Shown: piece after piece, positions 46,896 to 55,865 of the stretch
Layout: every line of letters begins with the position of its first letter
Numbering within the stretch: the stretch's first letter is position 1
Assembly: GCA_036388835.1 (NCBI GenBank)
Contig: DASVRB010000185.1
Span: forward strand, 12,021-76,020
Reading direction: 5' to 3'
Length of the DNA: 64,000 nucleotides
From: Thermoanaerobaculia bacterium
Lineage (GTDB): Bacteria > Acidobacteriota > Thermoanaerobaculia > Gp7-AA8
Notes under the pieces: model-generated
What the model was told of the DNA's origin: nothing
The model's input: only the letters and a program-made list of their open reading frames with translations
Databases searched by the model: none
Position numbers and translations under genes: made by a program

Positions 46896-47819
46896 ATGAC
46901 GCAGATTACGGCAGCGATGGTCAAGGAGCTGCGCGACTCCACCGGCGCCGGCATGATGGACGCGAAGAACGCGCTCACCGAGGCGCAGGGCGACATGGAG
47001 CAGGCAGTCGTCATTCTCCGCAAGAAAGGTCTCGCGGCAGCCGGCAAGAAGGCCGGACGTGTGACCGCGGAAGGGACGATCGTCGCGCACGTCTCCGGCA
47101 ACACCGGCGTGCTCGTCGAGGTGAACTGCGAGACCGACTTCGTCGGCCGCAATGAGAACTTCAAGAACTTCGCGACCGAGGTCGCCAAGGCCGTCGCGCA
47201 GAGCAAGGCCAATACGGTCGAGGAGTTCCTCGCCGAAAACTGGCCGGGCAGCGACGAGCCGGTGAGCCAGAAGGTCGCCGAGCAGATCGGCTCGATCAAA
47301 GAGAACATTTCGGTTCGCCGCTTCGCCCGTTATGAGGCGCCCGCCGAAGCGACGTTCGGCGCGTACATCCACGGCGGCGGCAAGATCGGCGTGCTCGTCG
47401 AAGTGATCGCGCGCAGCGGAAACAAAGGCGCCGAAGTCGAAGAGATCGCCCGCGACATCGCCATGCACATCGCCGCGGCCGAGCCGCGTTTCCTCCGCCG
47501 CGAAGACGTGACCGAGAAGGACCTCGAGACCGAGCGCGAGATCGCTCGCGACGCGGCCGCCAAGTCCGGCAAACCGGAGAACATCGTCGAGAAGATGGTC
47601 ACCGGCAAGATGGACAAGTTCTATGGTGAGGCGTGTCTCCTCGAGCAGCCGTACATCAAGGACGACAAGGCCACGGTCACGCAGTACCTGCAGCGCCGCG
47701 GCAAAGAAGCGGGCTGCGAGTACGGCATCACCCGCTACACGCGCTTCAAGCTCGGTGAAGGCATCGAGAAGCGCAGCGAGGACTTTGCTGCGGAAGTCGC
47801 GTCGTACATGAAGCAGTGA
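46896..47819 (+). CDS. tsf: Elongation factor Ts
   Basis: ITAAMVKELRDSTGAGMMDAKNAL.. (UBA-like N-terminus) and the dimerisation core. Confidence 0.95.
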   Translation: MTQITAAMVKELRDSTGAGMMDAKNALTEAQGDMEQAVVILRKKGLAAAGKKAGRVTAEGTIVAHVSGNTGVLVEVNCETDFVGRNENFKNFATEVAKAVAQSKANTVEEFLAENWPGSDEPVSQKVAEQIGSIKENISVRRFARYEAPAEATFGAYIHGGGKIGVLVEVIARSGNKGAEVEEIARDIAMHIAAAEPRFLRREDVTEKDLETEREIARDAAAKSGKPENIVEKMVTGKMDKFYGEACLLEQPYIKDDKATVTQYLQRRGKEAGCEYGITRYTRFKLGEGIEKRSEDFAAEVASYMKQ

Positions 47820-47842
47820 TTAATCAACCGTCGATTCTGAGA

Positions 47843-47869
47843 AAGGCGACCTCCGGGTCGCCTTTTTTG
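47843..47869 (+). terminator. Rho-independent terminator after tsf
   Basis: AAGGCGACC-tccg-GGTCGCCTT followed by TTTTTG. Confidence 0.7.
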
Positions 47870-47885
47870 CTATAAACCGCTCCGC

Positions 47886-48620
47886 ATGACTGACGCCCCG
47901 CAGATCAAATTCAAGCGCATCCTCCTCAAACTCTCCGGCGAAGCATTGATGGGCGGACGCCGCTCCGGCATCGACGCGGATGTGCTCGCAACGATTGCCG
48001 ACGAGATCGTGGAAGTGCAGCAGATGGGCGTGCAGATCGCGATCGTGATCGGCGGCGGCAACATCTTCCGCGGCGTCACCGGCGCGACCCAGGGCATCGA
48101 TCGAGTCGCCGGCGATCACATGGGGATGCTGGCCACGGTCATCAACGCGCTGGCACTGCAGGATGCGCTCGAGCGCCGCAACATCCCGACGCGCGTGACG
48201 ACGGCGATCACGATGGCCGAAGTCGCCGAGCCGTTCCTCCGCCGCCGCGCGGTGCGCCATCTCGAAAAAGGGCGCGTCGTGATCTGCGCCGCCGGCACCG
48301 GCAATCCTTTCTTCACCACCGACTCCGCGGCCGCGCTCCGCGCCGCGGAACTGAAGTGCGACATCATTTTCAAAGCGACGAAAGTGGACGGCATCTACAC
48401 CGCCGACCCCGAAAAAGATCCGAACGCCGAGCGCCTGCCGCACGTGACGTATCAGCGCGTGCTCGCCGATCGCCTGCAGGTGATGGACGCCGCGGCCATC
48501 GATCTCGCGCGCGGCAGCTCGATTCCGATCTACATCTTTTCGTTGCGCGAGAAGGGCAACATCAAGCGTGCATTGCTCGGCGAGGATGTCGGCTCGATCG
48601 TTTCCGACGAGGTAGCGTAA
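47886..48620 (+). CDS. pyrH: UMP kinase
   Basis: KRILLKLSGEAL.., ..IVIGGGNIFRG.., amino-acid kinase fold. Confidence 0.95.
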   Translation: MTDAPQIKFKRILLKLSGEALMGGRRSGIDADVLATIADEIVEVQQMGVQIAIVIGGGNIFRGVTGATQGIDRVAGDHMGMLATVINALALQDALERRNIPTRVTTAITMAEVAEPFLRRRAVRHLEKGRVVICAAGTGNPFFTTDSAAALRAAELKCDIIFKATKVDGIYTADPEKDPNAERLPHVTYQRVLADRLQVMDAAAIDLARGSSIPIYIFSLREKGNIKRALLGEDVGSIVSDEVA

Positions 48621-48622
48621 TC

Positions 48623-49183
48623 ATGACAATCGCAGACGTAATGAAGGACGTGCAGCACCGCATGCATGGTGCGATCGAAGCGCTACACTCGCATTTCAAT
48701 ACCCTCCGCACCGGACGCGCGAACGCTGCCATGCTCGACGCGGTAGTCGTCGATTATTACGGCACGCCGACGCCGGTCGCGCAGGCGGCGAACGTCAAGG
48801 TTCCGGAGCCCGCGCTGCTCGTGATCGAGCCGTGGGACAAGTCGATGGTCGCTCCGATCGAAAAGGCCATCCGCAACGCAAACCTCGGCTTCAACCCCGC
48901 CTCGGACGGCAAGGTCATTCGCGTCCCGATCCCGATGCTCACCGAAGAGCGCCGCAAAGATCTCGTGAAGAAAGCGGCCGTCATGGCCGAGGAGTCGCGC
49001 ACCGCGATCCGCCAGGTGCGCCGCGACGGCAACGAAAAGCTGAAGAAACTGCTCAAGGACAAAGCCATCTCCGAGGACGACGAAAAGCGCTCGTCCGAGG
49101 ACATCCAGAAGCTCACCGACAAGCACATCGACGAAGTCGCCCGCGTCCTCAAGCAGAAAGAACAGGACATCATGGCCGTCTGA
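48623..49183 (+). CDS. frr: Ribosome recycling factor
   Basis: Start at M90 of the track ORF (MTIADVMKDVQHRMHGAIEALHSHFNTLRTGRANAAMLD..). Confidence 0.9.
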   Translation: MTIADVMKDVQHRMHGAIEALHSHFNTLRTGRANAAMLDAVVVDYYGTPTPVAQAANVKVPEPALLVIEPWDKSMVAPIEKAIRNANLGFNPASDGKVIRVPIPMLTEERRKDLVKKAAVMAEESRTAIRQVRRDGNEKLKKLLKDKAISEDDEKRSSEDIQKLTDKHIDEVARVLKQKEQDIMAV

Positions 49184-49202
49184 CGGCTGGCGCCGTCGGA
49201 CG

Positions 49203-49288
49203 GGATTGAGGATGAAGGATTGAGGATTACCCGTGATCACGACTAGTGGCGAGCAGATCCTCAATCCTCAATTCTCAATCCTCAATCC
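49203..49288. repeat. Inverted-repeat element built from GATTGAG heptamer repeats (copy 1)
   Basis: Left arm GGATTGAGGATGAAGGATTGAGGATTA. ~26-nt spacer. Right arm ATCCTCAATCCTCAATTCTCAATCCTCAATCC. A second copy with near-identical arms lies at 55064..55150. Confidence 0.6.
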
Positions 49289-49300
49289 GGCACCGGCCGC

Positions 49301-49981
49301 ATGAGCATCGTCGTCATCATCCCCGCCGCCGGTTCCGGCTCCCGTTTCGGCGGCAGCATCCCGAAACAGTTCCAGCAACTCGCGGGCAAGCCGCTCATTC
49401 AGCATGTGATCGAGCGCTTTCTGCTCGACGAGAACGTCTCTCGCGTCATCGTCCCTGTTGCGGAGATGCTGCTCGCGAGTGTGAAAAACAGCGAGCGGGT
49501 GGCGTTCATCGCCGGCGGTGCGACGCGGCAGCAATCGGTGATGCGTGGCGTGGCCGCGGCGGGCGACGACGCGGAGCTGATTGCGATTCACGACGCTGCG
49601 CGGCCGCTTTTCAGCGCCGCCACCTTTCACGCCGTGATCTCCGCCGCACGCGATGCCGGCGCGTCGCTGCCGGTCGTGCCGGTGACCGACACCATTCACG
49701 TCATGACGAATGAGGCCACGGTCGCGGAGACGCTCGATCGCGCCATGCTCGGCGCGGCGCAGACGCCGCAGTGTTTCCGTCCCGACATCCTGCGCGACGT
49801 CCTCGAGCGCGCGGTCCGCGACGGCGTCACGTCGGCGACCGACGAAGCCGGCCTCGCCGCGCGTTACGGCTATCTCGTGAAGGCGGTGCCGGGCGACCCG
49901 CGCAATCTCAAGATCACCCTGCCCGAAGATCTGGCCATCGCTGAGTCGTATCTCGAGCAGTGGAGCGACAGCGACTCGTGA
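49301..49981 (+). CDS. ispD: 2-C-methyl-D-erythritol 4-phosphate cytidylyltransferase
   Basis: VVIIPAAGSGSRFG.. and the IspD fold. Stop overlaps the ispF start. Confidence 0.9.
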   Translation: MSIVVIIPAAGSGSRFGGSIPKQFQQLAGKPLIQHVIERFLLDENVSRVIVPVAEMLLASVKNSERVAFIAGGATRQQSVMRGVAAAGDDAELIAIHDAARPLFSAATFHAVISAARDAGASLPVVPVTDTIHVMTNEATVAETLDRAMLGAAQTPQCFRPDILRDVLERAVRDGVTSATDEAGLAARYGYLVKAVPGDPRNLKITLPEDLAIAESYLEQWSDSDS

Positions 49982-50469
49982 CCGGACCCGCGTTCCGCAT
50001 CGGCCAGGGCATCGATGTGCATCCGTTCGACGAAACGCGTCCCTTGATTCTCGGCGGCGTGCAGATCTCCGAGACCGGCGGTCTGGCCGGACATTCCGAC
50101 GCCGACGCGGTGCTGCACGCGATCGTCGATGCGATGCTCGGCGCCGCCGGCGCGGGCGACATCGGCCACTACTTTCCGTCGACCGACGAGCGCTGGCGCG
50201 GCGCCGATTCGTCGCGCTTCATCGCCGAAGCGAAACGGATTCTCGACGCGATGTACGCCGAGATCGCGAACGTCGACGTCACGATCATCGCGCAGAAACC
50301 GAAGCTCGCACCGCATCGCGACGCGATGGTCGCGTCCATCGCCGCGCTGCTGAATCTTCCGCACAATCGCGTGAATGTAAAAGCGACGACCACCGATCAC
50401 CTCGGCTTCATCGGTCGCGGCGAAGGCATCTGCGCGATGGCCATCCTCGCGTGTGAGATCCGCACATGA
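49978..50469 (+). CDS. ispF: 2-C-methyl-D-erythritol 2,4-cyclodiphosphate synthase
   Basis: GTG start overlapping the ispD stop. FRIGQGIDVHPF..GHSDADAVLHAIVDAMLGA.. Confidence 0.9.
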   Translation: MTGPAFRIGQGIDVHPFDETRPLILGGVQISETGGLAGHSDADAVLHAIVDAMLGAAGAGDIGHYFPSTDERWRGADSSRFIAEAKRILDAMYAEIANVDVTIIAQKPKLAPHRDAMVASIAALLNLPHNRVNVKATTTDHLGFIGRGEGICAMAILACEIRT

Positions 50470-50482
50470 GGGGCTGGCCAGG

Positions 50483-50588
50483 ACTGTCATCCCGAGCGTA
50501 GCGAGGGACCTGGGCGGGTGGGTCGCGGAAGGCATGTGCGTCGCGCGCCGTCCGCCGAGGTCCCTCGACTCACGCTCGGGATGACAGT
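50483..50588. repeat. Large near-perfect inverted repeat (~37-bp arms, ~30-nt loop) between ispF and gltX, GTCATCC-family
   Basis: ACTGTCATCCCGAGCGTAGCGAGGGACCTGGGCGG ..loop.. CCGCCGAGGTCCCTCGACTCACGCTCGGGATGACAGT. Confidence 0.6.
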
Positions 50589-50629
50589 TGGGAAGACCGC
50601 CGTCGCGATATAAACGATTAGAGCTTTCA

Positions 50630-52012
50630 ATGACCGTAAGAGTTCGATTCGCACCATCTCCCACTGGCCACCTGCACGTCGGCGGCGCGCGCACCGCCAT
50701 CTTCAACTGGCTGTTCGCGAAGCATCACGGCGGCACGTTCATCATCCGCGTCGAAGATACCGACCAGGCGCGCTCGACGCGCGAATCGGAGGAGATGGTC
50801 CTCGACGATCTCCGCTGGCTCCGCCTCGACTGGACGGAAGGTCCGGACCTCGGCGGGCCGCACGCGCCGTATCGGCAGAGCGAGCGCGTCGAGCTCTACG
50901 GCCGCGTCGCGCGCGAGCTCATCGACCGCGGCGTCGCATATCGCTGCTATTGCAGCGAGGAGAAGCTCGAAGCGAATCGCAAACAGGCGGAAGCGGACGG
51001 ACGTCCGCCGCACTACGACCTCACCTGCTGGCTGAATCGTCGCGATGACGACGCGCCGCACGCGATTCGCTTCCACGTTCCGGACGACGGCGACGTCACG
51101 ATCGACGATGCCATTCGCGGCGAGGTGACGTGGCGGAAGGAGTCGCTCGGCGACTTCATCATCGTCCGCACCGACCAGTTGCCGACCTACAACTTCTCGG
51201 TCGTGGTCGACGATCACGACATGGAGATCACGCACGTCATCCGCGCTGAGGAGCATCTGACGAACACACATCGCCAGGTTCTGATCTACCGCGCGATGGA
51301 GTGGGCCGTGCCGCGTTTCGCCCACGTCTCCCTGATCCTCGGGCAGGACCGGACGAAGCTGTCGAAGCGCCACGGCGCGACGTCGGTCTCCGCATACGCG
51401 GAGGAGGGCTACCTCCCTGATGCGATGGTCAACTACTTGACGCTCCTCGGCTGGTCGTCGCCTGAGGGGCTGGATGTGTTCTCGCGCGACTACGCGATCT
51501 CGAAGTTCTCGCTCGAGCGGGTGAACTCCGCGCCGGCGGTGTTCGATCCGCAGAAGTTCGAGTGGGTGAATGCGCAGTACATCCACGCGATGAGCGCGGC
51601 CGAGCTCGCGCCGCTGGTGCGGCCGTTCTTCGACGTGCCGTGGCTCGAGCAGGGGATCGACCTCGTGAAGACGAGCGTGCAGCGTTTGACGCAGTTCGAA
51701 GAGGCGTTGCGATTCGTCGCCGAGTACGCGGCGCCCGCGATCGAGCGTCCGTTCGCAGAGCAGCTCGCCGCGGACCTGCGGACGCATGGCGCGCCGCGCG
51801 AAGAGGCGGGCTACAAAGCCATGACCGAACGGCTCAAGAACGCGACCGGCGCGAAAGGAAAGGCGCTGTTCATGCCGCTGCGTCTCGCGATCACCGGCAT
51901 GGAGCACGGACCGGAGCTCGTGCGCGCCATTCCGCTGCTGCAGCACGCGAGCGAAGTCGATGACCGCGTGTTGTCGCCGCTCGCGCGCGTCGAGCGCATC
52001 CTCAGCGCATGA
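50630..52012 (+). CDS. gltX: Glutamate--tRNA ligase
   Basis: Start at M15 of the track ORF. HIGH motif (SPTGHLHVGGARTA), KMSKS motif (KLSKRHG). Confidence 0.9.
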   Translation: MTVRVRFAPSPTGHLHVGGARTAIFNWLFAKHHGGTFIIRVEDTDQARSTRESEEMVLDDLRWLRLDWTEGPDLGGPHAPYRQSERVELYGRVARELIDRGVAYRCYCSEEKLEANRKQAEADGRPPHYDLTCWLNRRDDDAPHAIRFHVPDDGDVTIDDAIRGEVTWRKESLGDFIIVRTDQLPTYNFSVVVDDHDMEITHVIRAEEHLTNTHRQVLIYRAMEWAVPRFAHVSLILGQDRTKLSKRHGATSVSAYAEEGYLPDAMVNYLTLLGWSSPEGLDVFSRDYAISKFSLERVNSAPAVFDPQKFEWVNAQYIHAMSAAELAPLVRPFFDVPWLEQGIDLVKTSVQRLTQFEEALRFVAEYAAPAIERPFAEQLAADLRTHGAPREEAGYKAMTERLKNATGAKGKALFMPLRLAITGMEHGPELVRAIPLLQHASEVDDRVLSPLARVERILSA

Positions 52013-52986
52013 TCTATTCGCTGCTCCGCCGCGCGCTGTTCCGTCTCGATGCCGAGACCGCGCACGAATGGACGCACGAACAGATCTCGCATCTGCAGCA
52101 GATTCCGCTGCTGCTGCACGCACTCGAGCGCATCTGCAAACCGCCCACTCGCGCAGCGCGCACGTTCCTCGGCATGCGCATGCAGTCACCGATCGGCATC
52201 GCCGGCGGCTTCGACAAAAACGCGACGATGATGCCGCTGCTTGCGGCCCTCGGCTTCGGCTTCATCGAGGTCGGCACCGTCACGTGGAAACCGCAACCCG
52301 GCAATCCGCGGCCGCGCCTGTTCCGCTATCCAGCTGACAAGGCGATCATCAATCGGATGGGCTTCAACAACGACGGCGCGGATGCGGTCGCGGCGCGGCT
52401 GAAGAGCTGGGAGCGGACCGTGCCGACGTTCGTGAATGTCGGAAAGAACAAAGAGGTGCCGCTCGAAGGGGCGACCGAGTCGTACGTCGAGTGCTACCGG
52501 CGCGTCGCGCCGCACGCCGACGCCGCGGTGCTCAATCTCTCATCGCCGAACACGCCGGGCCTGCGCGAACTGCAGCGTCCCGAACACCTCGAGGCGTTGC
52601 TGCGCGCCGTGCAGAGCGTGCGCAGCGGACCGGTGCTCATCAAGATCGCGCCCGATCTGGAGGCGACTCAGGTGCGGGAGATCGCGGACGTCTGCGTCCG
52701 CCTCGCCGACGGCATGATCTGCACGAACACGACCCTCGACCGGCTGCCCGGCATGAACGAGGCCGGCGGTCTTTCGGGAAAGCCGCTGATGGAAAAATCG
52801 ACGTCCGTGCTGCGGCAGGTGCGGCAGTGCGTCGGTCCGGAGTACCCGCTGATCGGCGTCGGCGGCGTCTTCACGCCGGCCGACGTGCGGGCGAAATTCG
52901 AGGCAGGAGCGAATCTGGTGCAGATCTACACGAGCTTCATCTACGAAGGTCCAATGCTTGCGAAGAGGCTGGCCAGAGCATGTTGA
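52009..52986 (+). CDS. pyrD: Dihydroorotate dehydrogenase (quinone)
   Basis: Class 2 DHODH: N-terminal membrane-association helix, ..NRMGFNNDG.., ..LSSPNTPGLR... Start overlaps the gltX stop. Confidence 0.9.
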   Translation: MIYSLLRRALFRLDAETAHEWTHEQISHLQQIPLLLHALERICKPPTRAARTFLGMRMQSPIGIAGGFDKNATMMPLLAALGFGFIEVGTVTWKPQPGNPRPRLFRYPADKAIINRMGFNNDGADAVAARLKSWERTVPTFVNVGKNKEVPLEGATESYVECYRRVAPHADAAVLNLSSPNTPGLRELQRPEHLEALLRAVQSVRSGPVLIKIAPDLEATQVREIADVCVRLADGMICTNTTLDRLPGMNEAGGLSGKPLMEKSTSVLRQVRQCVGPEYPLIGVGGVFTPADVRAKFEAGANLVQIYTSFIYEGPMLAKRLARAC

Positions 52987-53693
52987 TCTACGGAACGAAC
53001 CCGGTTCTCGAAGCCATCCGCGCGCATCCGGCGCGCATCCGTTACGTCGCGATCGCCCGCGAGCACAGCGGCCGCATGGCCAAAATCGTCGAGGAAGCGC
53101 GCGAAGCGGGACTCGAAGTGCGCATGCTGCCGAATCAGCAGCTCGACAAACTGACCAGCCGCGGCGTGCACAACGGTGTCATCGCCGAAATCTCCGAAGG
53201 CCGCTTCGCCGATTTTCACGACACCATCGAGAGCGAAGAGACGACGTTCGTCCTCATCCTCGACGGCATCACCGATCCGCAGAACTTCGGCGCAATCCTT
53301 CGTGTCGCGGATGGCTTCGCGGTCGACCTGGTGGTGCTGCCGGAGCACGAGAGCGTCGGCCTCACGCCCGCTGCCGTGAAAGCGAGCGCGGGGGCGTCGG
53401 AGTGGGTCGCGGTGTCGTACGTGACCAATCTCGCCCGCGCCATCGAGACATTGAAAGAGAAGGGCTACTGGGTCTACGCAGCCGCGGCGGACGGCGATCG
53501 CGCCGACAAGATCGACTTCCGCGGCAAGGTCGCCCTCGTGCTCGGAAGCGAGGGAAAAGGGGTGCGCCGCAACGTGCTCGAGCATTGCGACCGGACGGTG
53601 AGCATCCCGATGTTTGGTCACGTCGACTCGTTCAACGTGGCGTCGGCGACGGCGGTGCTCTGCTACGAGGTCATCCGGCAGACCCGCCCGTGA
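52980..53693 (+). CDS. rlmB: SpoU/TrmH-family 23S rRNA 2'-O-methyltransferase (RlmB-like)
   Basis: Start at M164 of the track ORF (MLIYGTNPVLEAI..). SpoU motifs ..LILDGITDPQNFGAILR.., ..VLGSEGKGV.., ..SLNVS-like (DSFNVASATA). Confidence 0.8.
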   Translation: MLIYGTNPVLEAIRAHPARIRYVAIAREHSGRMAKIVEEAREAGLEVRMLPNQQLDKLTSRGVHNGVIAEISEGRFADFHDTIESEETTFVLILDGITDPQNFGAILRVADGFAVDLVVLPEHESVGLTPAAVKASAGASEWVAVSYVTNLARAIETLKEKGYWVYAAAADGDRADKIDFRGKVALVLGSEGKGVRRNVLEHCDRTVSIPMFGHVDSFNVASATAVLCYEVIRQTRP

Positions 53694-54415
53694 CGAAGCA
53701 CCCGCTCTTCATCCGCAGCCTGTCAGTGCGGCAGGACCGGTTTGCGGTGCGGGACCGCTACCCCTTCACCGTCCCGGTGGTACGCAACCTCGATCAGCTC
53801 GTCTTCACGTCGCAGGTCACCTTCCTCATCGGTGAGAACGGCTCCGGCAAGTCGACCCTGATTGAAGCGCTCGCGCTCGCGTGCGGCTTCAAGGCCGAAG
53901 GAGGCTCGAAGCACTTCGAGTACGAGACCGCGCTCGACGAGTCGGAGCTGCACGAGATCTTGCGTGTGGTGCGCGGACACAAGCGGCCGTCGGACGGCTA
54001 CTTTCTGCGGGCGGAGAGCTTCTACAACGTCGCCACCGAGATCGAGCGGAAGCAGCTCGAGTCGTACTACGGCGGGACTTCGCTGCACCGGATGTCGCAC
54101 GGTGAGGCGTTCTTCACCGTTCTCAACGAACGCTTCCTCGGCGGCGGCCTCTACATCCTCGACGAGCCGGAGGCGGCGCTCTCGCCGACGCGGCAGATGG
54201 CGATGCTGACCCGCATGCACGAACTGGTGCTCGACGCCTCGCAACTCATCATCGCCACCCACTCGCCGATCCTCATGGCCTACCCGGGCGCGCAGATTCT
54301 CGAGATCGCAGACGGCGAGCTGCGCGAGGTCGAGTACGAGCAGACGGAGCATTTCACCGTGATGCGGCAGTTTTTCCAGCAGCGCGAGCGGATGCTGAAG
54401 ATCCTCCTCGGCTAG
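53690..54415 (+). CDS. AAA/ABC-type ATPase (COG3910-like predicted ATPase)
   Basis: GTG start overlapping the rlmB stop. Walker A GENGSGKST, signature-like MSHGEAF, Walker B YILDEPEAALS, H-loop ATHSP. Confidence 0.65.
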   Translation: MTKHPLFIRSLSVRQDRFAVRDRYPFTVPVVRNLDQLVFTSQVTFLIGENGSGKSTLIEALALACGFKAEGGSKHFEYETALDESELHEILRVVRGHKRPSDGYFLRAESFYNVATEIERKQLESYYGGTSLHRMSHGEAFFTVLNERFLGGGLYILDEPEAALSPTRQMAMLTRMHELVLDASQLIIATHSPILMAYPGAQILEIADGELREVEYEQTEHFTVMRQFFQQRERMLKILLG

Positions 54416-54610
54416 GCTGCAACTGCCGGGCGGCCGCTGCCGCAAACGAGCAACCGTGCCGCGTCGACCGACGCGGAATAGGGTTCTCTTGCGTGGCGTT
54501 GGGCACTCTGCTATAACCCGCAGTTCCTCGGCCTCCGCCGCAGGATCTCTCAAAAAGATCACTGGCAAGAGGCTGTTTGTGTCTTTGAAATCAGGTGTTT
54601 AGAAATTGGT

Positions 54611-54686
54611 GCTGGCATAGCTCAGTTGGTAGAGCAGCTGATTTGTAATCAGCAGGTCGCGGGTTCGAGTCCCGTCGCCAGCTCCA
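54611..54686 (+). tRNA. tRNA-Thr (anticodon TGT)
   Basis: Cloverleaf: acceptor GCTGGCA/..GCCAGC, anticodon arm GCTGA-TTTGTAA-TCAGC, T-loop GTTCGAGT, 3' CCA encoded. Confidence 0.85.
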
Positions 54687-54713
54687 GATCGAAACGAAGA
54701 AAGCTCAACTCGG

Positions 54714-54800
54714 GGAGAGTTGGCTGAGCGGTCAAAAGCAGCAGACTGTAAATCTGCCGGGCCACGCCCTACGGAGGTTCGAATCCTCCACTCTCCACCA
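54714..54800 (+). tRNA. tRNA-Tyr (anticodon GTA), long variable arm
   Basis: Acceptor GGAGAGT/ACTCTCC, anticodon arm GCAGA-CTGTAAA-TCTGC, long variable arm, T-arm GGAGG-TTCGAAT-CCTCC, CCA encoded. Confidence 0.85.
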
Positions 54801-54828
54801 AATGTTCTCGAGGCTGGCGCCCACGTGA

Positions 54829-54903
54829 GCGGGAGTAACTCAGGGGTAGAGTCACAGCCTTCCAAGCTGTTGGTCGCGGGTTCGAATCCCGTCTCCCGCT
54901 CCA
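54829..54903 (+). tRNA. tRNA-Gly (anticodon TCC)
   Basis: Acceptor GCGGGAG/CTCCCGC, anticodon arm ACAGC-CTTCCAA-GCTGT, T-loop GTTCGAAT, CCA encoded. Confidence 0.85.
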
Positions 54904-54977
54904 ATCAGGAACACCAGTCCTCGCGCAGTCGGCGGGGCGAGAAGCAGGATGCGCCGGCCGCGGCGCAGACGAAGTAA

Positions 54978-55052
54978 GCCCTCGTAGCTCAGGGGTAGAG
55001 CACGTCCTTGGTAAGGACGGGGTCACCAGTTCAAATCTGGTCGAGGGCTCCA
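54978..55052 (+). tRNA. tRNA-Thr (anticodon GGT)
   Basis: Acceptor GCCCTCG/CGAGGGC, anticodon arm CGTCC-TTGGTAA-GGACG, T-loop GTTCAAAT, CCA encoded. Confidence 0.85.
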
Positions 55053-55063
55053 CCAAATCGAAG

Positions 55064-55150
55064 AATTGAGGATTTGGAATTGAGGATTGAGGATTAGAAG
55101 CGACAGCCGTCCGCGGCCGACCTTCATCCTCAATCCTCAATTCTCAATCC
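55064..55150. repeat. Inverted-repeat element built from GATTGAG heptamer repeats (copy 2)
   Basis: GAATTGAGGATTTGGAATTGAGGATTGAGGATTA ..loop.. TCATCCTCAATCCTCAATTCTCAATCC. Arms nearly identical to the 49203..49288 copy, loop sequence different. Confidence 0.6.
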
Positions 55151-55166
55151 TGACGGAGTCAGAAAA

Positions 55167-55325
55167 ATGGCCGCAACGCGCGAAATCATCACTCTCCAGT
55201 GCACCGAGTGCAAACGTCGGAATTACACGACCACCAAGAACAAAAAGACGATGACCGAGAAGCTGGAGCTCAAGAAGTTCTGCCGGCACGATCGGAAGCG
55301 CACGGTCCACAAAGAAACCAAGTGA
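55167..55325 (+). CDS. rpmG: 50S ribosomal protein L33
   Basis: [52 protein letters not shown] (zinc-ribbon L33, 52 aa). Too short for the ORF track. Confidence 0.85.
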   Translation: MAATREIITLQCTECKRRNYTTTKNKKTMTEKLELKKFCRHDRKRTVHKETK

Positions 55326-55444
55326 GGAAAGCGCCGCGATTGCGGCGCGGACACTCATCCTGAGCGGCGCCGCCGCGAGGGATCTTCAGCACCAGGGAAT
55401 TAACGGGGAGGCGTAAGTCTTCTCGGCAGTTTGCGTCTCTGCAC

Positions 55445-55520
<76 letters not shown>

Positions 55521-55537
55521 AATTTCACACGTGACGA

Positions 55538-55579
55538 ATGACGACTGATCAGGACGGAAACGTCTGCTGATCAGTCGTC
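55538..55579 (+). other. Strong 14-bp stem-loop in the tRNA-Trp/secE spacer (possible processing site or attenuator)
   Basis: TGACGACTGATCAG-gacggaaacgtctg-CTGATCAGTCGTCA. No T-run. Confidence 0.4.
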
Positions 55580-55601
55580 ACTTGTCACGCCGAGGTCAGC
55601 G

Positions 55602-55862
55602 ATGGCAGCAATGGAAGCAGGAAACAACAACGGCGGTGCTGTCTCCAGGCCGAAACAGTGGTGGCTCTCCACACAGGAGTTCTTCCGCGACACGGCCAGC
55701 GAGATGAAGAAGGTGACGTGGCCGAGCCGCAACGAGGTCGTCGGCACCACCGCCGTCGTCATTGTGGCGACGCTCGTGTTCGCGGTTTACCTCTGGGGCT
55801 GCGACGAGCTGTTCGGGCGTGGCGTGCTGTGGCTCCTCCGCCGGTTTGGAGCGGAAGTCTAG
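55602..55862 (+). CDS. secE: Preprotein translocase subunit SecE
   Basis: Single C-terminal TM helix (TTAVVIVATLVFAVYLWGCD), conserved ..EMKKVTWPSRNEV.. motif, position before nusG. Confidence 0.85.
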   Translation: MAAMEAGNNNGGAVSRPKQWWLSTQEFFRDTASEMKKVTWPSRNEVVGTTAVVIVATLVFAVYLWGCDELFGRGVLWLLRRFGAEV

Positions 55863-55865
55863 AAA

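Noticed and set aside
50483-50629. T-box leader upstream of gltX
   Set aside because: No specifier-loop/T-box consensus (AATTAGGGTGGNACCGCG-like) present. T-boxes are largely restricted to Firmicutes/Actinobacteria. The structure is a simple long inverted repeat.
55064-55160. Possibility that the GATTGAG-repeat arrays are a CRISPR array
   Set aside because: Units are 7-nt tandem repeats arranged as one inverted pair around a single loop, not 25-40-nt direct repeats with unique spacers. No cas genes in the window.
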